Origin: Clostridia bacterium
GTDB lineage: Bacteria; Bacillota; Clostridia; Christensenellales; UBA1242
Assembly (NCBI GenBank): GCA_045650505.1
Contig: JAZRRE010000003.1
Location: 11,759-75,758 of the forward strand
Direction of reading: 5' to 3'
DNA length: 64,000 nucleotides
Each line of letters begins with the position of its first letter. The stretch's first letter is position 1. The position numbers and the translations under genes were made by a program. The notes under the pieces were generated by a model. That model saw only the letters and a program-made list of their open reading frames with translations. It searched no databases and was not told where the DNA came from. Positions 1-9,191 of this stretch are shown in pieces.

Positions 1-669
1 GGACAAAAAGTTAATCCACACGGAATCAGAGTTGGTATTAACAAGAGTTGGGATAGCAACTGGATTGCTGATAAAAAGCATGTTGCTGCTTACATTCTTG
101 AAGATAACAAAATTCGTGAATTCATTGAAAACAAATACAAAAATTGTGGAATTTCAAAAGTAGTTATTGAAAGAAGCAATGAAAACAAAGTTTTACTTTC
201 ACTCTATACTTCTAGACCTGGTATGGTTATCGGTCAAAAAGGTGCAGGTGTTGAAGCTATGAAGGCTGCTATTTCTAAAGTAGCAGGAAAGAAGGAAGTT
301 AATATCAATGTTATTGAAATTAAAACTCCAGACCTTGATGCTCAACTTGTTGCTGAAAGTATTGCTCAACAATTAGACCAAAGAATTGTTTGTCGTCGTG
401 CAATGAAACAAGCTATTGCAAGATGTCAAAAAGCTGGCGTTAAAGGTATTAAAGTTATGGTTTCTGGCCGTATCAACAATGCTGAAATCGCTAGAAGTGA
501 AACATTACACTATGGTTCAATTCCACTTCAAACACTTCGTGCTGATATTGATTATGGCTTCGCTGAAGGCACAATCTATGGAAGACTTGGTGTTAAAGTT
601 TGGATTTACAAAGGAGAAATCCTTGGTAAAGTTAACCTCGCTAAAAATGTAGAAGGAGGTAAGAACTAA
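1..669 (+). CDS. rpsC: 30S ribosomal protein uS3, 5'-truncated by window edge
   Basis: Frame 1 is open from base 1 ([21 protein letters not shown]...) and runs into the ORF-track protein. Stop at 667-669, and rplP starts 2 nt later. Confidence 0.95.
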   Translation, partial: GQKVNPHGIRVGINKSWDSNWIADKKHVAAYILEDNKIREFIENKYKNCGISKVVIERSNENKVLLSLYTSRPGMVIGQKGAGVEAMKAAISKVAGKKEVNINVIEIKTPDLDAQLVAESIAQQLDQRIVCRRAMKQAIARCQKAGVKGIKVMVSGRINNAEIARSETLHYGSIPLQTLRADIDYGFAEGTIYGRLGVKVWIYKGEILGKVNLAKNVEGGKN

Positions 670-670
670 T

Positions 671-1114
671 ATGTTAATGCCAAAAAGAGTTAAAAGAAGA
701 AAAGTTCAAAGAGGCAGAATGACTGGTAAGGCTACACGTGGCAACAAACTTGCTTACGGTGAATACGGTCTTGTTGCTCTTGAACCATGTTGGATGACAT
801 CAAACCAACTTGAATCTGGACGTATCGCAATCAACAGATGCTTCCAAAGAGGTGGTAAGGTTTGGATTGATGTTTTCCCAGACAAACCAGTAACAAAGAA
901 ACCTGCAGATACTCGTATGGGTTCTGGTAAAGGTTCTCCAGAATATTGGGTTGCTGTCGTTAAACCAGGTAGAGTTATTTTTGAAGTTACAGCTAACTCT
1001 AAAGAGCTTATGATTAGAGCTCTTAAGAAAGCTCAATACAAACTTCCTTGCGCTACAAAGATTATTTCAAGAGAAGCACAAGAAGCAGCTGCTACCGAGA
1101 AGGAGGCTGAATAA
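671..1114 (+). CDS. rplP: 50S ribosomal protein uL16
   Basis: [24 protein letters not shown]... is the uL16 N-terminus. GGAGG RBS upstream and conserved operon position. Confidence 0.96.
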   Translation: MLMPKRVKRRKVQRGRMTGKATRGNKLAYGEYGLVALEPCWMTSNQLESGRIAINRCFQRGGKVWIDVFPDKPVTKKPADTRMGSGKGSPEYWVAVVKPGRVIFEVTANSKELMIRALKKAQYKLPCATKIISREAQEAAATEKEAE

Positions 1115-1116
1115 TT

Positions 1117-1383
1117 ATGAAAATCAATGAAATTAGTTCATTAACAGATAAAGAACTTGCTGAAAAACTTGCAAGCTTAAAATCTGAATTATTCAATTTA
1201 AGATTCACTCATGCAACAGGAAGTTTAGCAAACAATATGCAAATTTCAGTTTGCAAGAGAAACATTGCTAGAGTTAAAACCGTTATGAGACAAAGAGAAC
1301 TTGGAATGGTTGAAGCTCCTAAAGCAGCTCCAAAGAAAACAACAAAAAAATCTGCAAAAGTCGATGCAGAAGTTAAAGGTTAA
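1117..1383 (+). CDS. rpmC: 50S ribosomal protein uL29 with a K/A-rich C-terminal tail
   Basis: LSTDKELAEKL..LKSELFNLRF core typical of uL29. The last ~25 aa (APKAAPKKTTKKSAKVDAEVKG) are extra. Confidence 0.92.
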   Translation: MKINEISSLTDKELAEKLASLKSELFNLRFTHATGSLANNMQISVCKRNIARVKTVMRQRELGMVEAPKAAPKKTTKKSAKVDAEVKG

Positions 1384-1394
1384 GGTGAAAAAGT

Positions 1395-1661
1395 ATGGCA
1401 AATGAAATCGTAAGAAATGAAAGAAAAACAAGAATCGGTGAAGTTGTTTCTAATAAAATGGACAAAACAATCGTAGTTCTTATCAAAACAAAGGTTTTAC
1501 ACCCTGTATACGGAAAAACACTTAATCACTCAACAAAAGTTAAAGCAGACGATCCTGAAAACATTTGTGATATTGGCGATACAGTTGAAATTGCTGAAAC
1601 TCGTCCAATTAGCAAAGATAAGAGATGGAGACTTGTTCGTATTGTTGAAAAAGTTAAATAA
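1395..1661 (+). CDS. rpsQ: 30S ribosomal protein uS17
   Basis: [19 protein letters not shown]...[10 protein letters not shown] is a uS17 pattern. Conserved operon order. Confidence 0.94.
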   Translation: MANEIVRNERKTRIGEVVSNKMDKTIVVLIKTKVLHPVYGKTLNHSTKVKADDPENICDIGDTVEIAETRPISKDKRWRLVRIVEKVK

Positions 1662-1680
1662 TGAGTAGGAGAAATTAGTT

Positions 1681-2052
1681 ATGATACAACCACAAACTAG
1701 ACTTAGAGTTGCTGACAACTCTGGTGCTAAAGAAATTATGTGTTTCCACGTTACCGGTGGATCAGTTGTTAAAACTGCTAATATTGGCGACATTATTAAA
1801 GCTTCTGTTAAATCTGCTACACCAGGCGCTGCTATTAAAAAGGGTGATGTTGTTACCGCTGTTATCGTAAGATCAACAAAGGGTGTTCGTAGAGAAGACG
1901 GCAGTTACATCAAATTTGACGACAATGCTGCAGTTATTATCAATAGTGAAGGTAACCCAAAAGGTACTCGTATCTTTGGGCCTGTTGCTCGTGAGCTTCG
2001 TGCTAATCCAAAATTTATGAAGATTATTTCACTTGCACCAGAAGTTTTATAG
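1681..2052 (+). CDS. rplN: 50S ribosomal protein uL14
   Basis: [18 protein letters not shown]... is the canonical uL14 start. Confidence 0.97.
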   Translation: MIQPQTRLRVADNSGAKEIMCFHVTGGSVVKTANIGDIIKASVKSATPGAAIKKGDVVTAVIVRSTKGVRREDGSYIKFDDNAAVIINSEGNPKGTRIFGPVARELRANPKFMKIISLAPEVL

Positions 2053-2064
2053 GAGGAAGGATAA

Positions 2065-2583
2065 ATGAAGGTTAGTGTTAAAGTAGGCGATACCGTTTTA
2101 GTTAATTCCGGAAAAGACTCTGGTAAAAAGGGAAAGGTACTCGCAGTAAAGAAAAATAAAGATTCAGTTAGACTTATTGTTGAAGGTGTTAACATTATCA
2201 CCAAAGCAAAAAAAGCTAGAACTGCTCAAGAAAAGAGTGAAATCATTAAAACTGAAGGAACAATTGATGTTTCTAATGTTAATGTTATTTGCTCAAAATG
2301 CGACAAAGCTGTTCGTGTTAAACACACAGTTGTTGATGGCAAAAAAGTTAGAGTTTGCCCAAAATGCGGTGCTGTTTTAGATGTTAAATACAGCAAAGAC
2401 TCAAAAGTAAAGAAAGCTGCTAAAGCTGAAAATGCTGAAGCAAAAGAAACAAAGAAAGCTGAAAAAGCTGCAAAAACAGAAAAGTCGAAAGTTACAAAGT
2501 CAGTTAAATCTGATGAAAAAGCAACAAAAGTTGCAGTAGCTAAAAAGCCACAAACTGGTAGAAGTGCTCAAAGAGGAGTGTAA
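2065..2583 (+). CDS. rplX: 50S ribosomal protein uL24, long form (172 aa) with Cys4 insertion and K/A/E tail
   Basis: KOW motif [18 protein letters not shown]. Contains CSKC-x18-CPKC, then a ~60-aa lysine-rich tail. RBS GGAGGAAGG. Confidence 0.9.
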   Translation: MKVSVKVGDTVLVNSGKDSGKKGKVLAVKKNKDSVRLIVEGVNIITKAKKARTAQEKSEIIKTEGTIDVSNVNVICSKCDKAVRVKHTVVDGKKVRVCPKCGAVLDVKYSKDSKVKKAAKAENAEAKETKKAEKAAKTEKSKVTKSVKSDEKATKVAVAKKPQTGRSAQRGV

Positions 2584-2589
2584 TAAATT

Positions 2590-3156
2590 ATGGCAACAAA
2601 GAAAATCGAATCTGGTGTTAGATTAAAAGATAAATATGTTAACGAAGTAGTTCCTGCACTCTTAAAAGAGTTTGGTTACAAAAATGTTAACGAAGTTCCA
2701 AAAATCGAAAAAATCGTTTTAAGCATGGGACTTGGTGCAGAAAAAGATAACTCAAAGAGCTTTAACATTGCTGTTGAAGAACTTGCTTCTATTTCTGGAC
2801 AAAAACCAGTTGTTACAGCTGCTAAAAAATCTATTGCAAACTTTAAACTTCGTGAAGGTCAAAAAGTTGGTGCTAAAGTTACTCTTCGTGGAAACAGAAT
2901 GTATGAGTTTTTAGATAGACTTATTGCTATCGCTCTTCCAAAAGTTCGTGACTTTAGAGGTATTGATTCTACCACAGGTTTTGATGGTAGAGGTAACTAT
3001 TCTTATGGTATTAAAGAACAACTTATCTTCCCAGAAATTATCTATGATAAAATCGAAAAGATTAGAGGTTTTGATATCAATTTTGTTACAACTGCAAAAA
3101 CTGACAATGAAGCTAGAATGCTTCTCAAACTTATGGGAATGCCTTTTAAGGCCTAG
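2590..3156 (+). CDS. rplE: 50S ribosomal protein uL5
   Basis: [34 protein letters not shown]... is a uL5 pattern in the expected operon position. Confidence 0.96.
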   Translation: MATKKIESGVRLKDKYVNEVVPALLKEFGYKNVNEVPKIEKIVLSMGLGAEKDNSKSFNIAVEELASISGQKPVVTAAKKSIANFKLREGQKVGAKVTLRGNRMYEFLDRLIAIALPKVRDFRGIDSTTGFDGRGNYSYGIKEQLIFPEIIYDKIEKIRGFDINFVTTAKTDNEARMLLKLMGMPFKA

Positions 3157-3187
3157 CGAATAATTTAAGGTAAGCAAGGAGAGAAAA

Positions 3188-3373
3188 ATGGCAAAGAAAT
3201 CAATGATTAATAAACAACAGGCTCCACAAAAATATAAAACACGTGAATACACAAGATGTTCAATTTGTGGAAGACCTCATTCAGTTCTCAGAAAATATGG
3301 CATTTGCCGTATCTGCTTCAGAGAACTTGCATACAAAGGTCAAATTCCTGGAATTAAAAAATCTAGCTGGTAA
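3188..3373 (+). CDS. rpsN: 30S ribosomal protein uS14, zinc-binding type Z (61 aa)
   Basis: Short form with CSICGRP...CRIC cysteine pairs. Lies between rplE and rpsH. Confidence 0.95.
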   Translation: MAKKSMINKQQAPQKYKTREYTRCSICGRPHSVLRKYGICRICFRELAYKGQIPGIKKSSW

Positions 3374-3393
3374 TATAGGAGGAAAAGAAGAAA

Positions 3394-3786
3394 ATGGTTA
3401 ATGATTCTATCGCAGATATGCTCACAAGAATTAGAAATGCTCAAACAGCAAGACACGAAACTGTTACACTTGAAACTTCAATTATGAAGAAATCAATTGC
3501 ACAAATCTTGCTTGATGAAGGTTACATTTCTGCATTCGAAGAAGTTGATGCTGGCAAAAACAAAAATCTTGTTATTAGCTTGAAATATGTAAACAAATCT
3601 AAAGTTATTACCGGACTTAAGAGAATCTCTAAACCAGGTAGAAGAATCTACGCTGGCGCTCAAGATTTACCAAAAGTTCTTGGTGGTCTTGGCATCGTTA
3701 TTGTTTCAACATCTAAAGGTGTTATGACAGATAGAGAAGCTAGAAAGCTCGGTATTGGTGGCGAAGTTCTCGCCTATGTATGGTAA
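3394..3786 (+). CDS. rpsH: 30S ribosomal protein uS8
   Basis: [14 protein letters not shown]... is the uS8 signature start. Confidence 0.96.
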   Translation: MVNDSIADMLTRIRNAQTARHETVTLETSIMKKSIAQILLDEGYISAFEEVDAGKNKNLVISLKYVNKSKVITGLKRISKPGRRIYAGAQDLPKVLGGLGIVIVSTSKGVMTDREARKLGIGGEVLAYVW

Positions 3787-3801
3787 GGAGGATAGAAGAG
3801 T

Positions 3802-4359
3802 ATGAGTCGTATAGGTAAAGCTCCGATTGTTCTCCCAGAAAATGTTACTGTTGATGTTGACGCTTCAAATATGGTTACTGTTAAAGGACCAAAAGGTGAA
3901 CTTAAACAACAAGTTCTTGGTAACATTTCAGTTACAAAGGTAGAACAAGCTGGTAAAAACGCTATTTTATTAGTAGCTAATGACAATCAAAAAGATACAA
4001 ATGCAAAACACGGTTTATATCGTGCACTCATCGCTAACTTGGTTACAGGTGTTTCTAATGGATTCACAAAATCTGTTACTATTAACGGTGTAGGTTACAA
4101 ATGTGCTGTTCAAGGCAACAAATTAGTTTTAAATATCGGTTTTTCACACCCTGTAAATATGGAAATTCCAGCAGGTTTAACTGTTACATGTCCATCTGCA
4201 ACTGAAATCGTTGTAGCTGGTATCAGCAAAGAACAAGTTGGACAATTTGCAGCTGATATTAAAGCTAACAAGAAGGTTGAACCATATCATGGATATGGTA
4301 TCTACTATACTAACGAACACGTTAGAAGAAAAGAAATTAAGAAAACAGGTAAGAAGTAA
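3802..4359 (+). CDS. rplF: 50S ribosomal protein uL6
   Basis: MSRIGKAPIVLPENVTVDV... is the uL6 signature start. Confidence 0.96.
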   Translation: MSRIGKAPIVLPENVTVDVDASNMVTVKGPKGELKQQVLGNISVTKVEQAGKNAILLVANDNQKDTNAKHGLYRALIANLVTGVSNGFTKSVTINGVGYKCAVQGNKLVLNIGFSHPVNMEIPAGLTVTCPSATEIVVAGISKEQVGQFAADIKANKKVEPYHGYGIYYTNEHVRRKEIKKTGKK

Positions 4360-4370
4360 GGAGTAGAGTT

Positions 4371-4739
4371 ATGTTTAAGAAAATAGACAAAAATGAAGTT
4401 AGAAAAGCAAAACATAGTCGTATTAGACATACCTTGAAAGGTACTGCTGATATGCCTAGACTTAATGTTTATCGTTCAACAAATGAGATTTATGCTCAAA
4501 TTATTGATGATAAAGCTGGTAAAACACTTTGCAGCGCTTCAAGCAAAGATAAAGCACTTGCTAAAGTTGTTGAAGGCAAAAACAAAGTTGACCAAGCTTT
4601 TGAAGTTGGTCAAGCAATCGGTGCTGCTGCACTTAAACTTGGAATTAAAAAAGTCGTATTCGACCGTAGTGGTTACATCTACACAGGTCGTGTTCAAAAA
4701 TTAGCTGACGGTGCTAGAGCCGCTGGTCTTGAGTTTTAG
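4371..4739 (+). CDS. rplR: 50S ribosomal protein uL18
   Basis: RKAKHSRIRHTLKGT..PRLNVYRSTNEIYAQIIDD...FDRSGYIYTGRVQKLADGAR is a uL18 pattern. Confidence 0.95.
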   Translation: MFKKIDKNEVRKAKHSRIRHTLKGTADMPRLNVYRSTNEIYAQIIDDKAGKTLCSASSKDKALAKVVEGKNKVDQAFEVGQAIGAAALKLGIKKVVFDRSGYIYTGRVQKLADGARAAGLEF

Positions 4740-4748
4740 GAGGAAATT

Positions 4749-5363
4749 ATGTCAGAAGAATTAGAAACTAAAGTTGAAAATACTGAAGTAGTTGAAAATG
4801 CTGAAGTAGTTGCTCCAGCTGAAAACAAAAAAGATGCTAAAGGTTCTAGAAAACCAAGAAGAGAAAATCGTCGTCCTGAAAGAGTTTCTGATGGACTTGA
4901 AAAGAGAATGGTTAGCCTTAACCCAATCACCAAAGTTACAAAAGGTGGTAAAACAATGCGTTATGACGCACTTATGGTTGTAGGTGATAAAAACGGTAAA
5001 GTAGGTATCGGTCTTGCTAAAGCTCTTGACGTTACAAACGCTATTGAAAAAGCAACTCTTCTTGCTAAAAAGAATATGATTAGTGTTTGCATCGATGGAA
5101 CAACAATTCCACACGATATTATTGGTAAATTTGGTACAACCAAAGTTATCATGATGCCATCTCCAGAAGGTAAAGGTATCATCGCTGGTGGTGCTGTTCG
5201 TGATGTTGTTGAACTTGCTGGTATCAAAGATATCACAACAAAACTTTATGGTTCAAACAACCCTGTAAACTGCGTTAAAGCAACATTTGAAGGCCTTAAA
5301 GCTTTAAGAAGTGCTGAACAAATTGCAGCTCTTCGTGGCAAAAAGGTTGAAGAAATTAGATAG
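4749..5363 (+). CDS. rpsE: 30S ribosomal protein uS5 with a ~45-aa charged N-terminal extension
   Basis: The core (VSLNPITKVTKGGKTMRYDALMVVGD...GKGIIAGGAVR) is uS5. The N-terminus (EELETKVENTEVVENAEVVAPAENKKD...) is extra. Confidence 0.93.
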   Translation: MSEELETKVENTEVVENAEVVAPAENKKDAKGSRKPRRENRRPERVSDGLEKRMVSLNPITKVTKGGKTMRYDALMVVGDKNGKVGIGLAKALDVTNAIEKATLLAKKNMISVCIDGTTIPHDIIGKFGTTKVIMMPSPEGKGIIAGGAVRDVVELAGIKDITTKLYGSNNPVNCVKATFEGLKALRSAEQIAALRGKKVEEIR

Positions 5364-5376
5364 GAGGAAGATTTAA

Positions 5377-5790
5377 ATGGCAGAAACAAAGAAAACAACA
5401 GAAACAAAAGCAGTTAAGTCTTCTGAAACAAAAACAGCTGCTAAAACAACAGCTGCTAAAAAGACAACAACAGCTGCTAAAGCTACAACAGCTAAAGCAA
5501 CTGAAACAAAAACAACAGCTACAAAGAAAACTCCAGCAACAGAAGCTAAAACAGCTCCTGTAGCTGAAGTTAAAGCTGAAGTTAAAGCTGCTCCAAAAGC
5601 AAAAGCTAAAGGTGATATGCTTAAAGTTACTCTTGTAAAGAGCAGCTCTGGCAGACTCATCAAGCAAAAGAGAACACTTGAAGCTCTTGGACTTGGTAAA
5701 ACAAATTCATCAAACATTGTTCCAGATAATGCTGCAACAAGAGGTATGATTTTTGTTGTTAAGCATCTTGTAAGTGTTGAAAAAGTATAA
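5377..5790 (+). CDS. rpmD: 50S ribosomal protein uL30 with an 80-aa T/A/K low-complexity N-terminal extension
   Basis: The C-terminal 57 aa (MLKVTLVKSSSGRLIKQKRTLEALGLGK...) are uL30. A strong RBS (GGAGGA) precedes ATG 5377. An internal start at 5617 cannot be excluded. Confidence 0.85.
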   Translation: MAETKKTTETKAVKSSETKTAAKTTAAKKTTTAAKATTAKATETKTTATKKTPATEAKTAPVAEVKAEVKAAPKAKAKGDMLKVTLVKSSSGRLIKQKRTLEALGLGKTNSSNIVPDNAATRGMIFVVKHLVSVEKV

Positions 5791-5808
5791 TAAGGAGAGA
5801 TACAACCT

Positions 5809-6252
5809 ATGAAAATTCATGAATTAAGACCAGCTGATGGTTCTACATCAAAGACAAAAAGACTTGGTCGTGGTATTGGTTCTGGTTTAGGTAAGACTTC
5901 TGGTAAAGGCCACAAAGGTCAAAATGCTAGAAGTGGTGGTGGTGTTAGACCTGGTTTTGAAGGTGGACAAATGCCACTTATTAGACAACTTCCTAAAATT
6001 GGCTTTACAAATAACTTCAGAAAGGTTTATACTACAATTAATGTAGGTGAACTTGAAGTTTTAGAAGCTGGAACAACTGTTACAGCAGAACTCTTAAAAT
6101 CTAAAGGTTTAATTGCAAAAGTTGAACCATTCGGTTTAAAAGTTCTTGGAAACGGTACACTTACCAAAGCTTTAAATGTTCAAGCTGCTAAATTTACTGA
6201 TGGTGCAGCAAAGAAAATTGCCGCAGTTGGCGGAACTATAGAGGTAAAATAA
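5809..6252 (+). CDS. rplO: 50S ribosomal protein uL15
   Basis: [40 protein letters not shown] is a uL15 pattern. Confidence 0.96.
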   Translation: MKIHELRPADGSTSKTKRLGRGIGSGLGKTSGKGHKGQNARSGGGVRPGFEGGQMPLIRQLPKIGFTNNFRKVYTTINVGELEVLEAGTTVTAELLKSKGLIAKVEPFGLKVLGNGTLTKALNVQAAKFTDGAAKKIAAVGGTIEVK

Positions 6253-7556
6253 TGTTCAAAACCCTTGGAAGCGCTTTTAAAAATCGCGAATTACGAAAGA
6301 GTATGATAATAACAATATGTCTTTTACTCGTTTATCGTTTGGGTTGCTTTTTGCCAACCCCTGGACTTTCAAGTGACCTTTATGCGAATCTTGTTGGTGA
6401 TGATGTAACAGGCGTTTTATCGTTATTAAACGCAGTGTCTGGTAGCGCTCTTGCGAACGCTGCTATCTTTGCGCTTGGTGTTACACCATATATCAACGCA
6501 TCTATTATTGTGCAACTTTTAGCAGTTGCAATTCCTCCACTTCAAAGACTTTCTAAAGAAGGGGATGAAGGTAAACAAAAATTAAATCTTGTAACAAAAA
6601 TTACAGCACTTGTACTCGCACTTGCTCAAGGTCTTGGCATTGTTCTTGGCCTTGGCAGCGACTACATTCAACCAATCTTTGGTGAAAACCTTAAATGGCT
6701 CACTAGCTTGATTGTTATTGTAATTTTAATGGCAGGAACTTGCTTTACTATGTGGCTTGGTGACAAGATTACAGAGCAAGGTGTTGGCAACGGATTATCT
6801 CTTATAATCTTCGTTGGTATCATCGGAACTGCTGGTCAATCAATTTTAAATGCTATTAAGAATATTTCTAATAGCTTGGTATATTTGTGGGAACTTTTAG
6901 GTTTCTTTGTGCTTGTTATTTTGCTTTTCTTCCTTATCGTATTTGTAGATATGGCAGAAAGAAAAATTACAGTTCAATATGCTAAACAAGTGAAGGGAAG
7001 AAAAATGTATGGTGGACAAGCATCACACATTCCTATGAAGGTTAACTCTAGTGGTGTTATGCCTATCATCTTTGCATCTGCAATCATTACATTCCCAACA
7101 CTCATTATGTCACTTTGCGGCCTCAATGCAGAAAGTGGTGGTTTTGCAGGATTCTGGTTCAAATATCTTGGAACCGGTTCAGTTGTTTATAGCATTTTAA
7201 CAGCATTGCTTATTTTGTTCTTTGCATATTTCTATGCACAAATTCAATTTAACCCAACTGATGTTAGCTTAAATATTCAACAACACGGTGGATTTATTCC
7301 AGGTATCAGACCAGGAAAACCAACAACCGAATACTTGAGAAAAGTATCAGGTAGAATAACACTCTTTGGTGCAATATTCCTTGCGTTTATTGCTCTTATT
7401 CCATCAGTATTATTCTCTGCTGTTGCTGTTGGTTCACAAGGATTATTAAACTCATTCACAGCAACCGGTATGCTTATCGTTGTTTCTGTTGCTATTGAGT
7501 TTAGAGACCAACTTGAAGCACAACTTATGATGAAAAGACATAAAAACATTTTGTAG
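6252..7556 (+). CDS. secY: Preprotein translocase subunit SecY
   Basis: 434 aa, multi-TM, with ...LGVTPYINASIIVQLL... The start overlaps the rplO stop (TAATG). Operon position fits. Confidence 0.97.
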   Translation: MFKTLGSAFKNRELRKSMIITICLLLVYRLGCFLPTPGLSSDLYANLVGDDVTGVLSLLNAVSGSALANAAIFALGVTPYINASIIVQLLAVAIPPLQRLSKEGDEGKQKLNLVTKITALVLALAQGLGIVLGLGSDYIQPIFGENLKWLTSLIVIVILMAGTCFTMWLGDKITEQGVGNGLSLIIFVGIIGTAGQSILNAIKNISNSLVYLWELLGFFVLVILLFFLIVFVDMAERKITVQYAKQVKGRKMYGGQASHIPMKVNSSGVMPIIFASAIITFPTLIMSLCGLNAESGGFAGFWFKYLGTGSVVYSILTALLILFFAYFYAQIQFNPTDVSLNIQQHGGFIPGIRPGKPTTEYLRKVSGRITLFGAIFLAFIALIPSVLFSAVAVGSQGLLNSFTATGMLIVVSVAIEFRDQLEAQLMMKRHKNIL

Positions 7557-7613
7557 CTAGTTCATTAAAATGATATATTATAATTAGGATTTAAAATCAA
7601 AAGGAGAAAATAT

Positions 7614-8279
7614 ATGAAATTTTTAATGTTCGGAGCACCTATGGCAGGCAAGGGTACACTTGCAAATATGTTATCAGAGAAGTATAACCTTCCAACAATC
7701 TCTATGGGTGACATCTTAAGAGCAAGCATTGCTCGTGGTGATGAAGAAGGAAAACTTGCTAAACACTATATGGACCAAGGTCAAATGGTTCCAATTGAAG
7801 TTGTTTGTGCAATGATTAAGAAAAGACTTGCAGAGCCAGATGTTCAAGAAGGATTCATTTTAGATGGTTTCCCAAGAACACCTGAACAACTTGATTATTT
7901 CGTTAAAGAAAAAATCGCTGAACTCGATGCAGTTGTAAGCCTTGAAGTTCCTTATGAAACACTCTTATCACGTGTTGTTGGCAGAAGAACTTGCAAATCT
8001 TGTGGTTATATCTATAACACAAGCTGGAATCTTGGATATAAAGTATGTCCAAAATGTAACGGTGAATGGGGAATTAGAAGTGATGACAATGAAGAAACTT
8101 ATAAAACTCGTTATGATGTTTATATGAGTGAAACACTTCCAATTTTAGACTATTTCAAAAAAGAAGGAAAAGTTGTTGAAGTTGTTGGCGATAAAGAGCC
8201 AGAACAAAGCTACAACAATATGGTTGAAGCTTTCAAAAACAGCTCAATTCCTGGACTTAAAGAATTCATTGAAGGTTAA
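7614..8279 (+). CDS. adk: Adenylate kinase (zinc-lid type)
   Basis: P-loop GAPMAGKGT and lid with CKSCG...CPKCNG. Follows secY. Confidence 0.95.
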   Translation: MKFLMFGAPMAGKGTLANMLSEKYNLPTISMGDILRASIARGDEEGKLAKHYMDQGQMVPIEVVCAMIKKRLAEPDVQEGFILDGFPRTPEQLDYFVKEKIAELDAVVSLEVPYETLLSRVVGRRTCKSCGYIYNTSWNLGYKVCPKCNGEWGIRSDDNEETYKTRYDVYMSETLPILDYFKKEGKVVEVVGDKEPEQSYNNMVEAFKNSSIPGLKEFIEG

Positions 8280-8303
8280 TAACCTTTAAAGCATAAATCT
8301 CTA

Positions 8304-8337
8304 GAATATTAACCCCAGAATATTGGGGTTAATATTC
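8304..8337 (+). terminator. Strong hairpin after adk (13-bp perfect arms, 8-nt loop), terminator-like
   Basis: GAATATTAACCCC-agaatatt-GGGGTTAATATTC. The T-run is displaced ~7 nt downstream, so termination efficiency is uncertain. Confidence 0.55.
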
Positions 8338-8381
8338 GACAAGATTTTTTTAATTTTATTAAAAAATTTTTATGTTATATC

Positions 8382-8409
8382 TTGACAAAAATTGATATTT
8401 AAATATAAT
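8382..8409 (+). promoter_or_regulatory. Sigma-A-type promoter upstream of infA-rpmJ
   Basis: TTGACA (8382-8387), 16-nt spacer, TATAAT (8404-8409). Confidence 0.6.
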
Positions 8410-8614
8410 TATTAAAGAGGGAATATTCCCGATTTTTTGCGTGTTTAGATATTTTTTTCAATAATTTTTGTCGAAAAATAACCGAAATTTGGCAATGATT
8501 GTTAAAATGTTTAGTTTTAATAATAATTACGCAAGAAAAATTAGCGTTTTGCTACGAATTTTGCTTGGAAAACTTCAAGTAAAAACAAAATCTTCAATTT
8601 GGAGGAATAATCTT

Positions 8615-8833
8615 TTGAGTAAAGATGATGTAATTGAAACAGAGGGCGTTGTGGTTGAGGCTATGCCTGGCGCAACATTTAAAGTTCAAATTGCTGGTGG
8701 ACATATTGTCACAGCATATTTATCTGGAAAACTCTGGAAAAATTTTATTCGTGTTTATGAGGGCGACACAGTAAAACTTGAAATCAGCCCTTATGATTTA
8801 ACTCGTGGAAGAATTATCTGGCGTAGCAAATAA
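8615..8833 (+). CDS. infA: Translation initiation factor IF-1 (TTG start)
   Basis: SKDDVIETEGVVVEAMPGATFKVQ...RGRIIWRSK is IF-1. GGAGG at 8601-8605 lies 9 nt before in-frame TTG 8615. The ORF-track N-terminal extension is non-homologous. Confidence 0.9.
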   Translation: MSKDDVIETEGVVVEAMPGATFKVQIAGGHIVTAYLSGKLWKNFIRVYEGDTVKLEISPYDLTRGRIIWRSK

Positions 8834-8865
8834 AACGGGTGTAAATAAATTCGAGGAGAAAAAAA

Positions 8866-8982
8866 ATGAAAGTTAGACCTAGTGTAAAACCTATGTGTGA
8901 TGGTTGCAAAGTTATTAAGAGAGACGGTAAAGTAAGAGTCATTTGTAGCAAAAACCCAAAACATAAACAAGTTCAGGGTTAG
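8866..8982 (+). CDS. rpmJ: 50S ribosomal protein bL36 (38 aa, Cys/His zinc form)
   Basis: Hand translation gives [47 protein letters not shown] upstream. Below the ORF-track size cutoff. Confidence 0.93.
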   Translation: MKVRPSVKPMCDGCKVIKRDGKVRVICSKNPKHKQVQG

Positions 8983-9191
8983 TTTTCTCTTTGGTTTTGT
9001 TTATGGAAGATGATGCTTGGGGAAACAAGACATTCCACTTGCCAAACATTATCTTTCATATACAAAACTAATTTGAACATAAAATCAAAAGCGGCAGGGA
9101 GAAATCCTTTTTGAAATTATGTTATATCGCAGAGGCAATTGCCTCAAAAACTTATTTTTAAAACAAATTAATTATATCTGTGGAGGATAAA

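Noticed and set aside
5356-5717. Long antisense or alternative-frame ORFs inside low-complexity coding regions (for example 5356-5717 minus, 41468-42058 minus, 15962-16579 plus, 57666-58337 minus, 23328-23807 minus, 56623-57123 minus)
   Set aside because: They overlap genes with clear homology on the other strand. Their products are Cys/Phe/Ser-rich low-complexity translations typical of artefacts in AT-rich or repetitive coding sequence.
8335-8475. Treating the two perfect 0A-box heptamers flanking the infA promoter as a firm Spo0A regulatory site
   Set aside because: Two 7-mers in an AT-rich 140-bp stretch can occur by chance, and I know of no precedent for Spo0A control of infA. They are mentioned only as a minor observation.
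8468-8614. N-terminal 49-codon extension of the infA ORF in the track
   Set aside because: The extension has no similarity to IF-1. A GGAGG RBS precedes the in-frame TTG at 8615, from which the product is a canonical 72-aa IF-1.
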